From NCBI GenBank assembly GCA_002269645.1, contig NIVC01000681.1, forward strand, positions 32,469-96,468: a DNA stretch of 64,000 nucleotides, read 5' to 3'. Origin of the DNA: Macrostomum lignano (Eukaryota). Both the position numbers and the translations under genes were made by a program. Under the pieces are notes generated by a model. The model did not search any database and was not told where the DNA came from. It worked only from the letters and a program-made list of their open reading frames with translations. Shown piece after piece: positions 59,801 to 64,000 of the stretch. How positions within the stretch are numbered: the stretch's first letter is position 1; each line of letters opens with the position of its first letter.

Positions 59801-60356
59801 AATTGGTGCAGGAGTAAAAAGACCCCCACAGAGATAATCAATTGTTGCAGGAGGGTAAAGACCCCCACAGAGAAGATAATCAAAGAGTGCAGGAGTGGAA
59901 AGATCCCAATTGAGATAATCAAAAGCGACCCAGACAAAACTCCGACCTCTCCGTCCATCCTCACCCATCAAGGGTGTGCTCAGCTCCGAGGGCTACACTC
60001 TGACGGACCCGGCGATTCACTCGCTTCGCCAAGAGTTCGGCGCCACAGATCTCGGCGCGCTGGGCATGGCCAAATTTTTCAAACGGCATCGCTGCGCCCG
60101 GGCCTGCCGGGACTGGCGGCTGCCTCACCTGTGCGCGACTGAGAACGAGAAGACAATCGCGGCGATGAAGGAGACTGAGAAGAGAATGGACGGCGGGTTG
60201 GGTGTCAGCCAGCTGACGCGACGCAAATCGAGGGCCTACGCTGGCCAGCTGAACTCCGCCCAGAGGACCATCAATGCGGCCTTCCGCGACCGCGACTGGA
60301 GCCTGCCGGATGTCAACGACGGAGACGCCAACGGCGACGCGGATAATGATGACTGA
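56882..60356 (+). CDS. Stand-alone alpha-kinase (eEF2K/MHCK family catalytic domain), ~305 aa, 4 exons
   Basis: Exons 56882-57046, 58180-58328, 58821-59040, 59973-60356 join in frame (phases 0,2,0). Motifs EPFAEGSCRLAF, CVTKVFK, VEDYIPGHYRKFNSN, AFSHFTYHHSGGRLLVCDIQG, LTDPAIHS, FGATDLGALGMAKFF..HRC...C. Confidence 0.92.
57035..58105 (+). repeat. 20/22-bp minisatellite made of the exon1-intron1 junction (gtcactaag|gtgagcagtgt)n
   Basis: Unit is a copy of the kinase exon end CAG TGC GTC ACT AAG plus donor GTGAGC. Confidence 0.95.
58395..58685 (-). mobile_element. tRNA-derived CORE-type SINE, copy 2, in alpha-kinase intron 2
   Basis: Reverse complement aligns along its length with 46633-46935 (A/B boxes, CORE-like block, 3' region). 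Confidence 0.85.
59105..59925. repeat. ~39-bp minisatellite (gagataatcaaagagtgcaggagtggaaagacccccaca)n
   Basis: Fills alpha-kinase intron 3. Confidence 0.95.
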
Positions 60357-60567
60357 TTGGTTGATTGATTGATTGGTTTGTTGATTGATGCATTGATAGA
60401 TCAATTTAATGATTGATTATTTGCTTCAACAATTGTTAGATTGATTAGTTGATTGTTAAGTTGAATGGTTGATTGATTGATTGCTTAAATGAATGGTTGG
60501 TTGATTGATTGATATATTGATTGATTGATTTATAGATTGATTGATATATTGATTGATTAATTGATTA

Positions 60568-60654
<87 letters not shown>

Positions 60655-60704
60655 TATATATGGATTGATTGATTGATTGACTGATTGCTTGGATGATTGA
60701 TTGG

Positions 60705-60753
<49 letters not shown>

Positions 60754-60880
60754 AGATCGATTAATTGATGGATCATTTGCTTCAACGAATATTCGATTGA
60801 TTAGTTGATTTTTAGATTTAATGGTTGATTAATTTATTGATTGATTGATTGATTAATTGACTAAGTGATTGTTTTATTGA
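60355..60880. repeat. (GATT)n degenerate microsatellite
   Basis: Starts at the kinase stop codon. Confidence 0.9.
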
Positions 60881-61507
60881 TTGGTAAATTTCGCTTGTTT
60901 TATTATTGATTAATCTATTTTTGTGTTTTGATTGTTTAATTAAACAATGAGGACTTATACGAGTACTACGAACTTCGGATACTGTATTTATACGATTTGA
61001 AAATGTCAATCAAGACAGAATTACGCAATTTTATTTTAATTGATTTCCGCCGTCATTCGTAAGATCCCAAAGGAATTCAAAAGTAAGTCTCATGTCCTAC
61101 TTGAAGTAGACGGAAATCTATAAGCATATTTTCATCATTTTGATTGAAAAAATCTCTCTGTCCCGATTGTTTTATAATTTGCAAATTTCAACTTTTTAGC
61201 TACTTACCATTCTGTTATCGTCTAAAGAAGCGAACGGTTTGGAACGGTCTGCTGCAGTTCTCGGATCTTTTAATAAAATATGTTTGCATTATTTATCAGC
61301 AAAGCTCTGGAAACAGTTATAAAATAATAAAGAAATTTGTACTACTTTCAGTAGACAGAAAACATTTTCAATTAATTTTATAAGAAATATTAAATTAGTT
61401 GTCTTAAATTAGTGATTTTTTAACTCTTAACTGCCGATTTAAAATAGAACAACCAAGATTTAAAAAATATTGAAATGATTCGATTTGAGAAAAAAATTTG
61501 ATTAGAG

Positions 61508-61580
61508 CGACCACGCCAGGACTCGAACCTGGAATCTTCTGATCCGTAGTCAGACGCGTTATCCATTGCGCCACGCGGCC
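61508..61580 (-). tRNA. trnR-ACG: tRNA-Arg (anticodon ACG)
   Basis: GGCCGCGTGGCGCAATGGATAACGCGTCTGACTACGGATCAGAAGATTCCAGGTTCGAGTCCTGGCGTGGTCG, 73 nt, 7-bp acceptor stem, T-loop GGTTCGA, downstream oligo-T Pol III terminator. Confidence 0.97.
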
Positions 61581-61984
61581 CTCGCTTCTACTATGCTGAA
61601 AGTGGCATTGTAAACAGTCAACTATAAGCAAGGTTCTATTGTGTGAGTTTGATTTACTTTCTGATCAAACAATGCGACAGGCCTGTCAATGTACATTCAT
61701 CTATGTACAGTACAGTACCCGGTATGGGACAGACCAGTAGTTATGTCTACACCTGTTAACGTGCACAGCTTGCTCTGTGTGGGTTATGAGTTACTTTGAT
61801 TTTGTAATATATGTGCCCTAGCTGCTATTCACTCTTAAACATGACACTTTAAAATGTGCCTGTAGCTATTTCATATTCTGAATGGTAATTCATCAACTGA
61901 TCTAAAAGGCCTTTGATCCAGAATTGATTAAAGTTCATCAACAAGCTTCTTCCAAATTTGTTACAAGCGTATTGCCCCTATATC

Positions 61985-62752
61985 GCGAACCTAGACAGTG
62001 ACCCTAGACAGTGAACCTAGACAGTGACCCTGGACAATGACCCTAGACAATGACCCTAGACAGTGACCCTAGACAGTGACCCTAGACAGTGAACCTAGAC
62101 AGTGACCCTGGACAATGACCCTAGACAATGACCCTAGACAGTGACCCTAGACAGTGACCCTAGACAGTGAACCTAGACAGTGACCCTAGACAGTGACCCT
62201 GGACAATGACCCTAGACAATGACCCTAGACAGTGAACCTAGACAGTGAACCTAGACAGTGACCCTAGACAGTGAACCTAGACAGTGACCCTAGACAGTGA
62301 CCCTGGACAATGACCCTAGACAATGACCCTAGACAGTGAACCTAGACAGTGAACCTAGACAGTGACACTAGACAGTGAACCTAGACAGTGACCCTAGACA
62401 GTGACCCTAGACAGTGAACCTAGACAGTGAACCTAGACAGTGAACCTAGACAGTGACCCTAGACAGTGACCCTGGACAATGACCCTAGACAATGACCCTA
62501 GACAGTGAACCTAGACAGTGAACCTAGACAGTGACCCTAGACAGTGACCCTGGACAATGACCCTAGACAATGACCCTAGACAGTGAACCTAGACAGTGAA
62601 CCTAGACAGTGACCCTAGACAGTGAACCTAGACAGTGACCCTGGACAATGACCCTAGACAATGACCCTAGACAGTGACCCTAGACAGTGAACCTAGACAG
62701 TGACCCTAGACAGTGACCCTAGACAGTGAACCTAGACAGCGACCCTAGTGGC
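61985..62752. repeat. 13-bp minisatellite (agtgaccctagac)n
   Basis: Direct tandem copies; the same unit recurs at 63845-64000. Confidence 0.95.
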
Positions 62753-63300
62753 TTTCATAAACCAGCCAGTCTCAGACTACTCCTCGTGCTTGTAGTGAAC
62801 CATTCTCGTAGATAGCCTCCTTCAATGACAATCCTTTGATGGATTTAAGAAACAATAAACAACTGTACACTCATACTCGTACGTCTATTTAAGTCACCCG
62901 ACGCCCTGAAACATAATCTGAACTGCTGTACATGCATGCAGTACAATTAGTCAAGGTCAGACCAGCCTCAAAGCTTCACTCTTGTATGGAATGCTATTTT
63001 TATGTAACAGAAGAAGAACATTCTCAACACGTGAGCTTTTCACGTGTCTTTTCACGATGCCTAAATAGCATCATCATCATCAGGCCCTGGGACCTGATGT
63101 GCATATTTTTTCCTTCCCCATTCCCCAGCCCTATTGACACATTCCATAACCAATGAGAGAAGCTAGCGTTTCTCAGCAGACTTTGGCTGTATGACTGTAA
63201 GGAGAGGCATGAACTGGCGTGTTGACACACAATCGGCATCACGTGAATCCAGCTTCCTCAGCTCCCAGCTCCCGCCCAGCAGCGCACATGACCAGCGCTC

Positions 63301-63308
63301 TATAAATA
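63301..63308 (+). promoter_or_regulatory. Possible TATA box (tataaata)
   Basis: Consensus match 33 nt upstream of a candidate ATG at 63334; supported only by position. Confidence 0.25.
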
Positions 63309-63333
63309 CTGCATGCGGCAAAACTAGGAAAAC

Positions 63334-63824
63334 ATGAAGAAAGGTTATTGATTGCTGACAATTTCTTTCTGCATTGACTCATTTTCTAGCCTCAATGTCG
63401 GACAACTTCTTTGTCTATCGCCAACGGTCGCGCAGTGTCACCTTGGCTCCGGCTCCGTCATCGACTCCAGAAGTCGATGCAGTTGTCGCAACTCCGACAG
63501 TCCTGACGATGCAACAGCTGCTAGGCGACGTTCAATGGACGATCATTCGTGCAGTTCGCAACTGATTCGATCGGCTCTGGTGCCGCTAGTTCAGCCTGGT
63601 CGAGTCCGTGGCGGCAGCGGAGACCGGCCAGCAGACGCGGCGTCGGTGCTCGCTGTTTGACGACACCGAAAGCGATTGGAAGTCGGCGAACTCAGCCAGC
63701 TTCTGCTGCGACGGCTGCTTGCCAGCTGCGGATGAAGCAGCCGCCGGCATTGAAGAGGAGAAAGAGCCAACGACAGCAACAGTTGTATTTGGACGACGCC
63801 TGCTAGCCAGTGCTAGGAGCTGCT
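63334..63824 (+). CDS. Possible 5' part of an unknown gene running off the right edge
   Basis: ATG AAG AAA G|GT (63334-63343), phase-matched acceptor at 63390. ORFs 63374-63565 and 63608-63871 share a frame and could be joined by a 36-nt GT..AG intron (63554-63589); strong donor |GTGAGT at 63825. No recognisable domain. Confidence 0.3.
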
Positions 63825-63844
63825 GTGAGTGGTCCTTGGCAGCG

Positions 63845-64000
63845 ACCCTAAAGAGTGACCCTAGACAGTGACCCTAGACAGTGACCTAGACAGTGACCCT
63901 AGACAATGACCCTAGACAATGACCCTGGACAATGACCCTAGACAGCGACCCTAAGCAATGACCCTAGACATTGACCGTAGACAGTGACCGTAGACATTGA
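63845..64000. repeat. 13-bp minisatellite (agtgaccctagac)n, second block
   Basis: Same unit as 61985-62752; truncated by the window edge. Confidence 0.9.

Noticed and set aside
59069-59964. TEIIKECRSGKTP repeat ORFs as part of the kinase
   Set aside because: The kinase motif DIQ|GV is joined precisely by the 59041-59972 intron, so the 39-bp array is intronic.

Overview
Eukaryotic (animal) genomic DNA with spliceosomal GT-AG introns and an extreme density of locally amplified mini/microsatellites. A free-living flatworm such as Macrostomum is my inference from this style, not proven. Most ORFs in the supplied track are artefacts of tandem repeats. Genes reconstructed by hand from splice sites and frame continuity: (1) a >=23-exon minus-strand gene (16882 to beyond the left edge) for a secreted Cys/Lys/Arg-rich protein of strictly alternating 3-Cys and 5-Cys modules, with all introns in phase 1; (2,3) two tandem minus-strand paralogues with a C14orf93-like domain (27092-21774 and 35043-29049); (4) a secreted PAN/Apple + F-type lectin (49203-51010); (5) a probable TEX26-like/Mn-motif protein (about 56145-54412); (6) a stand-alone alpha-kinase (56882-60356); (7) tRNA-Arg(ACG); and a weakly supported gene at the right edge. 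Mobile DNA: decayed IS630/Tc1 transposase, Penelope-like RT+GIY-YIG relic, Ty3/Gypsy pol relic, two tRNA-derived CORE-type SINE copies and three MITEs. Most striking patterns: nearly every long intron holds its own private minisatellite, some seeded by the splice junction itself (about 50 tandem copies of a 5' splice site in the alpha-kinase gene); a before/after snapshot of minisatellite birth inside a duplicated segment; and a duplicated cassette bracketed by inverted 22-bp arrays. Family assignments come from recalled motifs, no searches were run. Repeat boundaries are approximate (about +/-20 nt).
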